Source of the DNA: Oikopleura dioica
Taxonomy: Eukaryota > Animalia > Chordata
NCBI GenBank assembly: GCA_907165135.1
Contig: OU015568.1
Location: 3,906,001-3,970,000, forward strand
Reading direction: 5' to 3'
DNA: 64,000 nt
Position 1 is the stretch's first letter. Each line of letters begins with the position of its first letter. The translations under genes and the position numbers were made by a program. A model generated the notes under the pieces. That model worked only from the letters and a program-made list of their open reading frames with translations, made no database searches and was not told where the DNA came from. Positions 39,022 to 50,252 of this stretch are shown in pieces.

Positions 39022-41929
39022 TTTTTAACGGGCCTTGGCCTCTGTGTGAGCTGGTAGTTGACGAACTTTCAAGATTAATAGTTGAGCATCTTTCGCATTT
39101 CCCATGATAATGTTTGTTTAAACTTCGCTTTTTATGCAGAATAAGTCACAGACAATAATGAATGCTTGTTTTGAGTTCACTTTTCGAAGTCTTCGAAATT
39201 CTATATTTTGCAAAAGCGGAAGTTGTAACTGTAATCTGAGTCTTACACGACCGATGATTAACGAGTCGTATGCACGAGAAAACAAAGTTACTTAATAGTC
39301 AAGGCCCGAGGGACAGTTCCATTTTGGTCCGAGCTCGGTATAAACGATGTTCGTTTTGACTCTCAACAAGGATTACTATTAACATGGCAAGATTTCTGAG
39401 CAACATCCCGAGTGCTGCCGTCCCCCAAGGCGATCGTCGCAAGCTCTTATCTCCCAGAACTCTTGTTTGATTCCGACAAGAACACCCATCTGCTTGTGAT
39501 TATCAAGAATCAGAGAAAGAAAGAACCCAATACAAGATTGAACTAGAAAGCACCGGCTCCGGAGACCTATTAAAAAAAGAGGTGAGGCACCAGAATTAAG
39601 CCCGGAGATCTTTAGTAGAGTTCATCGGGAAAAAACTTGATTAATGAATTTTTATTTGCAAAGCCAGAAAATTATTGAGCCAGAGCACCGTTAAAAATTC
39701 AAGATATTTTTATACAAGAATATGGAGTTTCCTCCAGGTAAATTTCCCTTTCAGCTCAATTGAATTGAATGCTAGAGAAGCAGTTAGAAAAATTTGCAAC
39801 ATGAACTGTTCCTCTTGAAATGTCTACTTCCAAAATCCGATTACAGGAACGTCCAATGTGTATCGGATGTTACGGAATACTTAGGGTTTCGTTTTGTCTA
39901 CGAACAATTGTTCAACTCATTATTCAAAATCCAGAATGATCGTATTTACAACCTCTTAGACTAGCGATAAGAATCGGATAATAATTAAATTGAGATAACT
40001 TCGGCTACAGATATAATTTTTTTGAAATTTTGTATCAGATAGTACTTTAGATGTAGTATATTTGATAGATGTCTACTCTTTTTTGAAGTCTTATTTTCCG
40101 ATATTCCTTCCATCGTTATCATTTCAACAAAGAAATATTCATGGTCATTATTTATTAAAACATGCGTTTTCGCCTTTGCGACACATTTTTTTCTCCTCAG
40201 ACAGTAGCCAATTTGGGCTGCCGAGTCTGCGGCTTAGGGAGGCGCGCGTGAGCGAACCCAGTTATCATCAACAACCGACAATACTTCTTCTCTTTTCCCC
40301 TTCAGCCTGTTTAATTTCAGGAGACCTACCTTTATAGCTCCAATAAAAAGTAACAACAAGGAACGCGCATAGTTAGAAAGAGAAAACTCGTTAAAAAGGT
40401 AAAGTTACAAGGAGGAAGATCTGTTTATTGTCACAATAAATTGATCTTCAAACTCAGCCCAAGGGTTTTTGTTTGAATATGTTTAAAATACCGGTAGGTG
40501 ATGTCTAAAGCCAACATACGAGAGTCAAGCAAGCACTTGCTCACTCAAACAAGTTGTCAAAGAAGAGGTTAAATTTACATTATACGTACTATGCATACTA
40601 TGCCCATAATAAACAATCGATTAGGAGGATTTGATCGATCCCCTTTTTGCTTCAAAAGAAGGCATTTTCGACAAGAATTTGAATCCTAATACTCAGACAA
40701 ATTGGGCCCTGAAAATGGGCTTAAATAAAGGGTCAATTGAGGCTTGATTATCCAATTATCTTTTATTCCAGGTATCTTAACCCTCCTGGTTTTTATTACA
40801 AGGCGTTCTATCTAGTTTTCATGCAAATTGTCAATTGATCAATGTAAAAGCATCAACACCGGTGTCTATAGTCAGACACCTATTGAAGAGTCTAAGACGT
40901 CGCCTTTTTGTTTCATTTTCTCATTGATGCAAATTATTCATGAAGAAGTCGGTTTTCTTCCTGAAAAATACAATGTTTTTCTTATAAGTTCAATTTCCCG
41001 CTAGGGTTTTGTGGATTTTGATCGTAATTTAAGAAACGATGTCAAGCTTCGATGAAGACATCTTCCTGGCTATCGAACAAAGAGAATGGACAGTCGAGTG
41101 CACATCAAGTAACGCACAGCACCATAACAAAATCTGATAATATCGCATTTAGGCACCAGTGGATTCGTACTTGTCGACTGCTTCTTCAAATCAATTGAAA
41201 AAGATCCCATCGAGGAAACGTTTTTCTTCTCCAGCAACAATATGGTCATGTGCGGCGAGAACGCTGACGCCGGCGAGCCTGTGATTGACTACTGTAACAA
41301 CCTTGCTTATCGACTTGCGACGGTAAGAACGACTATCGCTCTGATACCCTTATTGAAGAATATTTGACCTAGTTTAGTTGCTGTTATCAGCATCGTTTGT
41401 TTTTATTGTTATTATGATTATCGTCTCGAATGGGCGAATGACGTTTGAAGTATTTCCAGATAGGTTAATAAAAAGCTTGCCGTTTTTTTCTCATAGCGAA
41501 GTCGACTGACAGATTAATCTTCCCAGACTAAGACAAGCAAAAAATGAAGGATTTGAACTCTAGCGGGGGTTCAATTGGGGATGACGTACCTCTTGTCCGT
41601 CTATTTTTGCAAAAATAAAAAAAAATGACACAGACAGAAGTTTTTCTTTTATTCAATTATAATTCCTGAACCCAAAGTTTAGGTCCTAAACAATGAGATT
41701 TTCTAGACAACACGACTAACCCTTCTGTGATCGTTATTATTATTTATCAATACGATGAAAGCAAGACTTTTATTTTGGCGAAAATCACATAATTTTTCTC
41801 TAAAAACATAAAAATGTTTTCCCTTCGAAAAATTAAGCTTTTTGATGGGCATACAAAAAACGGCTCTGACAGAATCAAGATCTATGATAGATCTATCTAA
41901 AGAGTCCATTACCTTAGCTCAGGCGTTTA

Positions 41930-42300
41930 CAGGTTCGAAGTTATTCAAGGCCAAAGTTTGGGAAATCGAAGGAAGTACCCTTAAATAATCTTCAAATTTA
42001 GCATGTCGACATCCCGATTCGCCAGGGCGAAAATGCCCGAGACATCATCGACATTGCCAAGGACATTAGCTCATTTCTCATGTCAGAGACCATCGAAAAC
42101 AACGAATGCATCACAGACTGCAGCTACAAATCCAGATTGCTCAAAAGACGAGCGGAAAGCTTCAGTTGGGAGAAGCATAAATATTTTATTGGACTTGGCG
42201 TGATTGTGCTTTTTGCAATGCTGCTGATCGGTTTGCTTGTGAAGAAACTACTCAGGTATGAAAATGGAACGAATTTATATCAAAAAATCTAGAAAAAGAA
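41930..42300 (+). CDS. 3' exons of a single-pass membrane protein (5' extent unclear)
   Basis: Hydrophobic YFIGLGVIVLFAMLLIGLLV followed by KK; GT/AG-bounded exons. Confidence 0.3.
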
Positions 42301-42799
42301 GCCGGGAAATAACACGTGACAACGTTAACTCCAGCCAAGATGACTCCCTGCTTCGAACTGCGTAGAAAAAGGTTAGTTGAGTTGAAACAAAACGCCTTTT
42401 CAAGCGTAGTCTTGATCCTCCCCGGCTTTTATTCCGCTACAAAAGTGATGCAATCAGATAGGCTCGTGTTGCCAAAATCCGAAAATCCGGTGATAAAGTG
42501 CGGAGATAAGCGGAGGGCTAAGTTGGAGGGACTGGCCGGAGGTTCCTTTTAAAAATTGCTAATTTTGAAAATAAAATTTCAAGTAAATTTTTGAAAGTTT
42601 AATTGGTTTGAATTTAATTGATACACTTTCTACTGGAGTTCCCCTTTTTGCGAAATTCAGCCGGTCCCTCTCAAAATATAATTACTATCATTTTCCAGTC
42701 CATCAAACCCATGTGTACCTTATCTTTATTAAGCATCAAACTAGAACGATCTCAAACGCTCGAAAGCAGCAGAAAATGAAATGTTGCGCATCCTGGAGA

Positions 42800-43538
42800 A
42801 AACAACAGCGATCAGCAGCTAAATAGAAAATCTTTGCCAATCCTCACGCTTCAAGCTCCCAAATTCCATATGCCCAAGAACAAGAATCCAGGAAGCGATG
42901 AAAACCTAAATAAATAAAATGCATCTTTTAGTTCAAGTTTCAGCAATAGTTCAATTCTCTACTGTACAGATAAATTAATTTTTGAAAGAAAAATAAATTT
43001 ATGAAAGAAAAAAAATTCTTGAAATTTGCGCTAGAAAAAATACTTACAATTGCGATTGAATCGAGGAAGATAAACATGTGATCATCAAGATGCTCCAAGA
43101 AGAATTTTGAGAACCAGGAGCCTGTGTCCTTCATGATGTCATGAAAAGTAATGTTCTGAGAGGCAGCGAGAGTGAGTTCTAGCGAGATGATGACGGACAA
43201 GAAGGCGATGACGAAAAGGGCGATGTGGTTGAGGACGTAGCGGATGACGATTGTCCGACGAAAGAACATTTTCTTTTCGTCGGGAATTCCCCTGAAATAA
43301 ATCTTCAATCAATTTTCCTCATTTTTTCTCAATAAATATTGCCTAAAACGATGCCTTTACCTCTGAAGAGCGACGCAAATCGGCGGCACCCTGCTTTTCG
43401 AAAATTTTTCCCAGACAATTTGAGCCCCTTTCTTTTCTTTTCGTCTTCTGCTTTCGTCACTTTGCTGATGTAGCTGGAGATCATTTTCAATGTCAAGTCC
43501 TTCTCTTTTTCTGATTTTTTACTTATCATCATCTGCAC
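42800..43538 (-). CDS. Multi-pass membrane protein, unknown
   Basis: ORFs 43329..43538 and 42940..43308 with hydrophobic HIALFVIAFLSVIISL; 5' part truncated in the duplicate near 46720-46810. Confidence 0.35.
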
Positions 43539-43832
43539 TTATATAAGAGGCGATGATTGAGTTTTATGATAATTACGCCGCGGTTAGTTGGAAGGGTACT
43601 GATTGCGATTCGCGATTTGGGACAATCAAAAAAGGAGGAACTGATTTATGACTCGTAAAACATAAACTGATCGAGTGGAGAAGAAATTGGCTTTATGACC
43701 GGATTCAAATGACTTCTAAAAAGCCTCGATCAAAGAGAATCCCCGGTTATGTTTCCGCTAAATTCTAGATCATGGGAATTATCTTCTTATTTTTCTCCCA
43801 TCAACATCTTTTTGTTGACCAAAGCAGGTTCT

Positions 43833-44282
43833 ATGTCAGAGTATCAATATCCGCCAAGAACTACCAGAAGAAGCAGAAGTCGTCGAAGTCGCAAGGTAAG
43901 GAGAGAAAAAAATATTTATCGCTTCAAATTTCTAGCATCATTGCTCTCGAGATGAAATTTGCAGCGGAAATCTTCCCCAACTTCAGCACCCAGTAAATCA
44001 TCTTCGCCATCATTTCAACTTGAGAAATGACGAGCCAGAGGATGATTTTCTCGCTCGCTTTGGTACAGATCATTTTCAAATTCCAGAGAACTTCAAGGCC
44101 ATCCGTAAGCTCCTTTCTTTCGACATCACTTTCAACTCTTTGAAGTTTTAAGATATGGCTGGCTATTCGGGCTCGCGTCATTTTGGATCATCTGCGCGCC
44201 GATTCGAATGGAAGTCTTGACGCTTGATGTTCACACTTTGGCCGTCGTCGCTACTGCTTTGATCGTCATTGTCATGGTTTGA
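43833..44282 (+). CDS. Small C-terminally hydrophobic membrane protein, copy 1
   Basis: MSEYQYPPRTTRRSRSRR exon, two GT-AG introns, C-terminal LRYGWLFGLASFWII...AVVATALIVIVMV. Confidence 0.5.
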
Positions 44283-44321
44283 ACTTTTCGCTTTTTTAAT
44301 AAATATTTTTCTCTTTTGTAT

Positions 44322-45110
44322 TTATTCGATGTAAATAAGGTGGAGAATGGAGACAACTGTCAAATCGAACTTTTCAAATTTATATGTCAAATATGTATCG
44401 TGTTCCCCATTCCAAAGAAATGAGCTGGACAGCTTCGCATCTGAGATTTTATAAAGAAAAATTGGCGAAAAGGGAGTTTACCTTGCTGATCTGGCTCAAA
44501 AGCCATGATTTGGAGGACAAATCTGTATCGTTTTGGCATCATCGCTAAAAGCAAAAACTTGTGATTTGTTTGATTGAAAACTCTTTACCTTTAATTTTTC
44601 TGTGAAGAAGATTGTTGAGTCGCAAGAGCGCCTTTGTCTTGTGAAATTCTGGCCAGGTTATTTTCTCAGAGCATTGAAGAACAGTCTCTTCAAGAATCAA
44701 TTTCATTGAAGCAATGTCGGGCTTGTCGTCTGAGTCCATTTTGTATGTCGGCTCGTAGGTCCTATTTTCAAATTTTGAAATCAAGGAAGAAAATGCGTCA
44801 AAAACGCTTACGTTTTGGGCTTTTTTGCGAGTCCAAATCTACCAAAGCCGGGCATAATGCTGCCTCGCCTTGATGTTCCGTAGCTAGAATTTTTGATTTT
44901 GTTTGAGGATGATTCTCAAGGTTGAATTTACCTTGAGCTCCCATCATCTGTTCCTGGTACTCTCAGCATGTTCAGCTCTCCTGCAGTATTTCTTCGAAAA
45001 GCTTGTCTGTAAGGAGAAGTTAATAACAAGAATCACTCTCCTTTTTCTTACCTCACTGACAACGATAGCTTTTTAAAAGAAACCTTGCCGTCTTCAGTTC
45101 TTATTCCATC
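44322..45110 (-). CDS. Tctex-1 domain (dynein light chain Tctex-type) protein, copy 1
   Basis: YEPTYKM, ILEETVL, PKRYRFVLQI, SFLWNGEHDTY...VVSILHLIYIE fit the Tctex-1 fold; start not fixed. Confidence 0.65.
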
Positions 45111-45433
45111 TCTAAAATCACCTTGAATGTTGGTATTTCCTTCCATTTAAATTTCTCTAGGTCGACTTTGAAAAGTGCAGTGGGTGTTTACAGTAACAAG
45201 AAACTGATCTTACTTGAGAAGATTGAGAGCTGGCAAGTTAGTCGAGCTAAAACGTCTCATGGCCGGGAAAATCGAATTTCGAAATTGGTAAATTCCCCCT
45301 TTCAGCAAAAATTGACAAGGAACGCGGAGAATGGAAGGGGTAGAGTTTCACCTGCTGCGGGAGAACAATTAAAATGAAAAACAACACAAATAGAATTGAT
45401 TTTCTTGCAAGTTTCTTTTTTTTTATTCAGACA

Positions 45434-46295
45434 TCAGACAAGAGCTTCGGGTTTGAAAGAAGGGTCAGTTGGAGGTTTTCTTGATTTTTTGAAAGATGAC
45501 CAGACCACAATGATGAAGATTATGAGCACAAAGATAATTGTTATCATGTATCCATCGAAACCGGGCAGATGAATTTCTAGTGGAGTTGCGCTTTCTATTG
45601 AACTAGGGGTTGTCTCTTCCGATTTCAGAAAGATGAACCTAATTTCTTGAATCGTATCTTAAAGCGACGCTGATCAAAAGCTCAGAATCAAATTTATAAA
45701 CCTTGTGAGTTTGAGTCTTCGTATACATTTTTGAGCTTTTGTGATCCAAAGCGTCTGTCGTAGGTCGAGATATTTTCATTTTCGCAAAGAAGTTTAAGAT
45801 TTTGGCATTCACTTATTATCGAGTTCTTTGTGCATCCAAATTGCTTAGAATGAATAAGAGTAATGGAACGAGTTGATTCCTACCTGTATAAGAGAGTAGC
45901 ATGGAAACGCCTTGGAAGTCATTTCTTACTCTAGTAGTTTTCGATTTTAATCTCTTTCTTCGAAAAAAAGAAGATTTTGTGAGATTTTGTTAGAATATTT
46001 GCAAGGAAGACAAACACTAACGGCATGGTGTCAAAGAGTTTGACAGCAATACCGTTAAGTTCAAATTTGCGATTTGAAATAAAAATCATTTCGACATGGA
46101 ATGGTAACCACGAAAAATGATGGATGCAACAATGATGTCTGACAGGCAACAGTCAATCGATGCATACAGGAGAAAATGTATCGTTCTGCTTCTGAGAGTA
46201 ATTTGTTGAATTATTGAACAACGATAATGTAGGGAAAACGAAAATATTAAGAATAGCGGCGCACTAGTACCCAAAGCCTCATTGGCCGAGTTCAT
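45434..46295 (-). CDS. Single-pass membrane protein, copy 1
   Basis: Multi-exon; TM YMITIIFVLIIFIIVVWSSFKK near C-terminus. Confidence 0.4.
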
Positions 46296-46583
46296 TTTTC
46301 TGACAAATATAAAACCATGCTGAAGAGAGTTTTTTCCGGAAGAAATCGAAAAAAGTACGGTTCAGATTTTTATCCGTGTTTTTTTAAGAATTTAAGATCA
46401 ACAGAAGAAAACAGTGGTACTCACAATGGAAACAGAATAGCGCCAGATGCGATTAATCTTCGATCCATATCTCCAAGAATTGCCAGGAACGAATCAATAA
46501 GAAGGTAAAAGATTTATTTAGTTGTATTTGGATGACTTCAGTTGAATACATAGCTGAATTTCTTAGTAAGAAATTCTTTCTTA

Positions 46584-46620
46584 CCCTAACCAACCCTAAC
46601 CCTAACCCTAACCCTAACCT
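46584..46620 (+). repeat. Short interstitial telomere-type repeat (CCCTAA)n
   Basis: ccctaa ccaa (ccctaa)4. Confidence 0.85.
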
Positions 46621-46632
46621 TATTGTTATTCA

Positions 46633-46671
46633 TTAACCCTTTGGGCGCACGTGGCGTTTTAAAACGCCACG
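46633..46671 (+). mobile_element. Solitary piggyBac-like terminus with 22 bp palindrome
   Basis: TTAA followed by CCCTTT; CGTGGCGTTTTAAAACGCCACG at 46650..46671; no matching right end seen. Confidence 0.45.
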
Positions 46672-47126
46672 AGGACTTGGCGGGGCATTTCTCTTAAAAT
46701 TTCTCGACGGATAGATCCTTCCTTTCGTCCTCTTTTTTCGTCACTTTGCTGATGTAGCTGGAGATCATTTTCAAAGCCAAATCCTTCTCTTTTTCTGATT
46801 TTTTAATTCTCCTCATTTTTCTACACTTATATAAGAGGCGATGATTGAGTTTTATGATAATTACGCCGCGGCTAGTTGGAAGGGTACTGATTGCGATTCG
46901 CGATTTGGGACAATCAAAAAAAGGAGGAACTGATTTATGACTCGTAAAACATAGACTGATCGAGTGGAGAAGAAATTGGCTTTATGACCTCGCGGATTCA
47001 AATGACTTCTAAAAGCCTCGATCAAAAAGAAATCCCCGGTTGTCTTTCCGCTAATTCTAGATCATGAGAATTATCTTCTTATTTTTCTCCCATCAACATC
47101 TTTGTGTTGACCAAAGCAGGTTCTAT

Positions 47127-47814
47127 CAGGGGTCTGGATTTTGCCCGAAAGTGAAAAGCGAAAGCGAAGCGAAGGCGAAAATTTTTTTTAAAAATTTAGC
47201 GAAAGCGAAGCGAAGCGAATTTAAATTTCAAAAGCGAAAGCGAAGCGAAGCGAAAATTTTCTTTCAAAAGCGAAAAAAAGCGAAATTTTTTCATCATTTT
47301 TTGGATGAATAAAATTCTTTTTTTCTTTATACTCAGGGCTAAAAAAAGATAAACAAGGTAGATTTTACTCATTCGGAGGTTTAAGAATCCTAGATTTTAG
47401 GTGACAGAAGATTTTTGGACTGCTTTCTTCAGCCTTCAACTAAAACATAAATCGGAAAATGACCAAGAATTCCTCTAGGGACTTGACACGGTTAAATACT
47501 AGTTATCAAAATGTAGCAGATGAGGTCAATTCTCACAGATGTCGTGTACACTTGTGCTCCTTTCGACTCAAATTGAAACTTCTGCTCATGTTTATGATTT
47601 TTCTTAATCCTAGTAGCTGAATATGACTAAAAATGATGGTTTTAGAGGTTTCGAGAAGAAAGCTTTGGATTTATTTGAAAAGATTTTAACATTTTAATTA
47701 TCAAATTAAAGCTAATCGAAATTTTTTGAAAAGCGAAAGCGAAGCGAAGCGAATTCGCTTCGCCTCGCTTCGCTTCGCTATATGGCGATTTCGCAAAGCG
47801 AATCCAGACCCCTG
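47127..47814. mobile_element. Non-autonomous TIR element (MITE, hAT-like), 688 bp
   Basis: 14 bp TIR CAGGGGTCTGGATT / AATCCAGACCCCTG; duplication GTTCTAT; (A)AAGCG subterminal arrays; empty site visible in copy 1 at ~43828. Confidence 0.92.
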
Positions 47815-47819
47815 GTTCT

Positions 47820-48269
47820 ATGTCAGAGTATCAATATCCGCCAAGATCTACCAAAAGAAGCAGAAGTCGTGGAAGTCGCAAGGTAGAGAAGAGTGAAAAT
47901 AATTTGTTTTTGAAATTTAGCATCATTTTTTTCGAGACGAAATTTGCAGCGGAAATCTTCCCCAACTTCAGCGCCCTGTAAATCATCTTCGCCATCATTT
48001 CAACTTGCGAAATGACGAGCCAGAGGATGATTTTCTCGCTCGCTTTGGTACCGATCATTTTCAAATTCCAGACAGCTTCAAGGCCATCCGTAAGCTCCTT
48101 TCTTTGGACATCACTTTCAACTCTCTTTGAAGTTTTAAGATATGGCTGGCTATTCGGGCTCGCGTCATTTTGGATTATCTGCGCGCCGATTCGAATGGAA
48201 GTCTTGACGCTTGATGTTCACACTTTGGCCGTCGTCGCTACTGCTTTGATCGTCATTGTCATAGTTTGA
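47820..48269 (+). CDS. Small membrane protein, copy 2
   Basis: Paralog of 43833..44282; frame intact after splicing. Confidence 0.5.
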
Positions 48270-48308
48270 ACTTTTCGCTTTTTTAATAAATATTTTTGCT
48301 TTTTTCAT

Positions 48309-49098
48309 TTATTCGATGTAAATCAGATGGAGAATCGAGACAACTGTCAAATCGAACTTTTCAAATTTATATGTCAAATATGTATCGTGTTCCCCGTTCC
48401 AAAGAAATGAGCTGCACAGCTTCGCATCTAAGTTTTTAATAAAAATAGGTGAAAAGGGAGTTCACCTTGCTGATCTGGCTCAAAAGCCATGACTTGGAGG
48501 ACAAATCTGTATCGTTTTGGCATCATCGCTACAGGTTAAAACTGGCGATTTATTCGATTGAAAGCTTTTTACCTTTAATTTTTCTGTGGAGAAGATTGTT
48601 GAGTCGCAAAAGCGCCTTTGTCTTGTGAAATTCCGGCCAGGTTATTTTCTCAGAGCATTGAAGAACAGTCTCCTCAAGAATCAATTTCATTGAGGCAATG
48701 TCTGGCTTGTCATCTGGGTCCATTTTGTATGTCGGCTCGTAGGTCCTGTTTTCAAATGATTTGAAATCAAGGAAGAAAATGCGTCAAAAATCTTACGTTT
48801 TGGGCTTTTTTGCGAGTCCAAATCTTCCAAAGCCCGGCATGATGCTGCCTCGCCTTGATGTTCCATAGCTAGAATTTTTGAATTTGATTCAAGATGATTC
48901 TTGAGGTTGAATTTACCTAGAGCTCCCATCATCCGTTCCCGGTACTCTCAGCATGTTAAGCTCTCCTGCAGTATTTCTTCGAAAAGCTTGTCTGCAAGGA
49001 GAAGTTAATAATATGAATCACTCTTCTTTTTCTTACCTCAATGACAACGATACCTTTTTGAAAGAAACCTTGCCGTCTTCAGTTCTTATTCCATCTCT
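48309..49098 (-). CDS. Tctex-1 domain protein, copy 2
   Basis: Paralog of 44322..45110. Confidence 0.6.
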
Positions 49099-49432
49099 AA
49101 AATCACCTTGAATATTGCTTTTCCCTTCCATTTATATAATCTCTCTAAAGGCCTTCACTTTTGTCTGGTGGGCTACAGTGGAGGTGTTTACAATAACAAG
49201 AAACTGATCTTACTTGAGAAGATTGAGAGCTGGCAAGTTAGTAGAGCTAAAACGTCTCATGGCCGGGAAAATCGAATTTCAAAATTGGTAAATTCTCCCG
49301 TTCAGCAAAAATTGACAAGGAACGCGAAGAATGGAAGGGGTAGAGTTTCACCTGCTGCGGGAGAACAATTAAAACGAAAAACAACACAAAAACAATTGAT
49401 TTTCTTGCAAGTTCCTTTTTTTAATTCAGATA

Positions 49433-50230
49433 TCAAACAAGAGCTTCGGGTTTGAGTGAAGGGTCAGTTGGAGGTTTTCGTGATTTTTTGAAAGATGACC
49501 AGACGACAATGATGAAGATTATGAGCACGAAGATTATTGTTATCATGTATCCATCGAAACAGGGCAGATGAATTTCTAGTTGAGTTGCGCTTTCTATTGA
49601 ACTACTGGTAGAAGTGGTCTCTTCCGATTTCAGAAATAAAGTTTATTTACCATATGATTGGGAATCCTCGTAGACATTTTTGAGCTTTTGTGATCCATAT
49701 CGTCTGTCGTAGGTCGAGATATTTCATTTTCGCAAAGAAGTTTCAGATTTTGGCATTCACTTCTTATCGAGTTCTTTGTACAGCCAAATTGCTAAGAATG
49801 GAGATAAGAGTGATGGAACGAATTTATTTCTACCTGTTACCTGTATAAGAGAGTAGCCTGGAAATGCCTTGGAAGTCATCTCTAACTCAAGTTTTGTAGT
49901 ATTTTCTTTCGAAAATTGATTTTTTGTGAGATTTTGTTAGAATATTTGCAAGGAAGACAAATACTAACGACATGGTGTCAAAGAGATTCCATCTTTTTCA
50001 AGCAATAATTGTATAAGTTCAAATTTGCGATTGGAATGGTAACCACGAAAAATGATGGATGCAACAATGATGTCTGACAGGCAACAGTCAATCGATGCAT
50101 ACAGGAGAAAATGTATCGTTCTGCTTCTGAGAGTAATTTGTTGAATTATTGAACAACGATAATGTAGGAAAAACGAAAATATTAAGAACAGCGGCGCACT
50201 AGTACCCAAAGCCCCATTGGCCGAGTTCAT
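49433..50230 (-). CDS. Single-pass membrane protein, copy 2
   Basis: Paralog of 45434..46295. Confidence 0.4.
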
Positions 50231-50252
50231 TTTCCTGACAAATATAAAAACG

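Larger units (their letters stand above)
43436..46632. repeat. Tandem segmental duplication, copy 1
   Basis: Colinear with 46722..50558, many substitutions and small indels (roughly 85-92% identity by eye). Confidence 0.9.

Noticed and set aside
44130-44150. Apparent 2 nt frameshift in copy 1 of the small membrane gene
   Set aside because: The indel lies within a GT-AG intron (GTAAGCTCC...TTTGAAG); both copies splice in frame
46584-46620. Possible telomere-targeting retroelement or chromosome end
   Set aside because: Arrays are only 4-5 units, intronic, flanked by homologous sequence in both copies, with no RT ORF nearby
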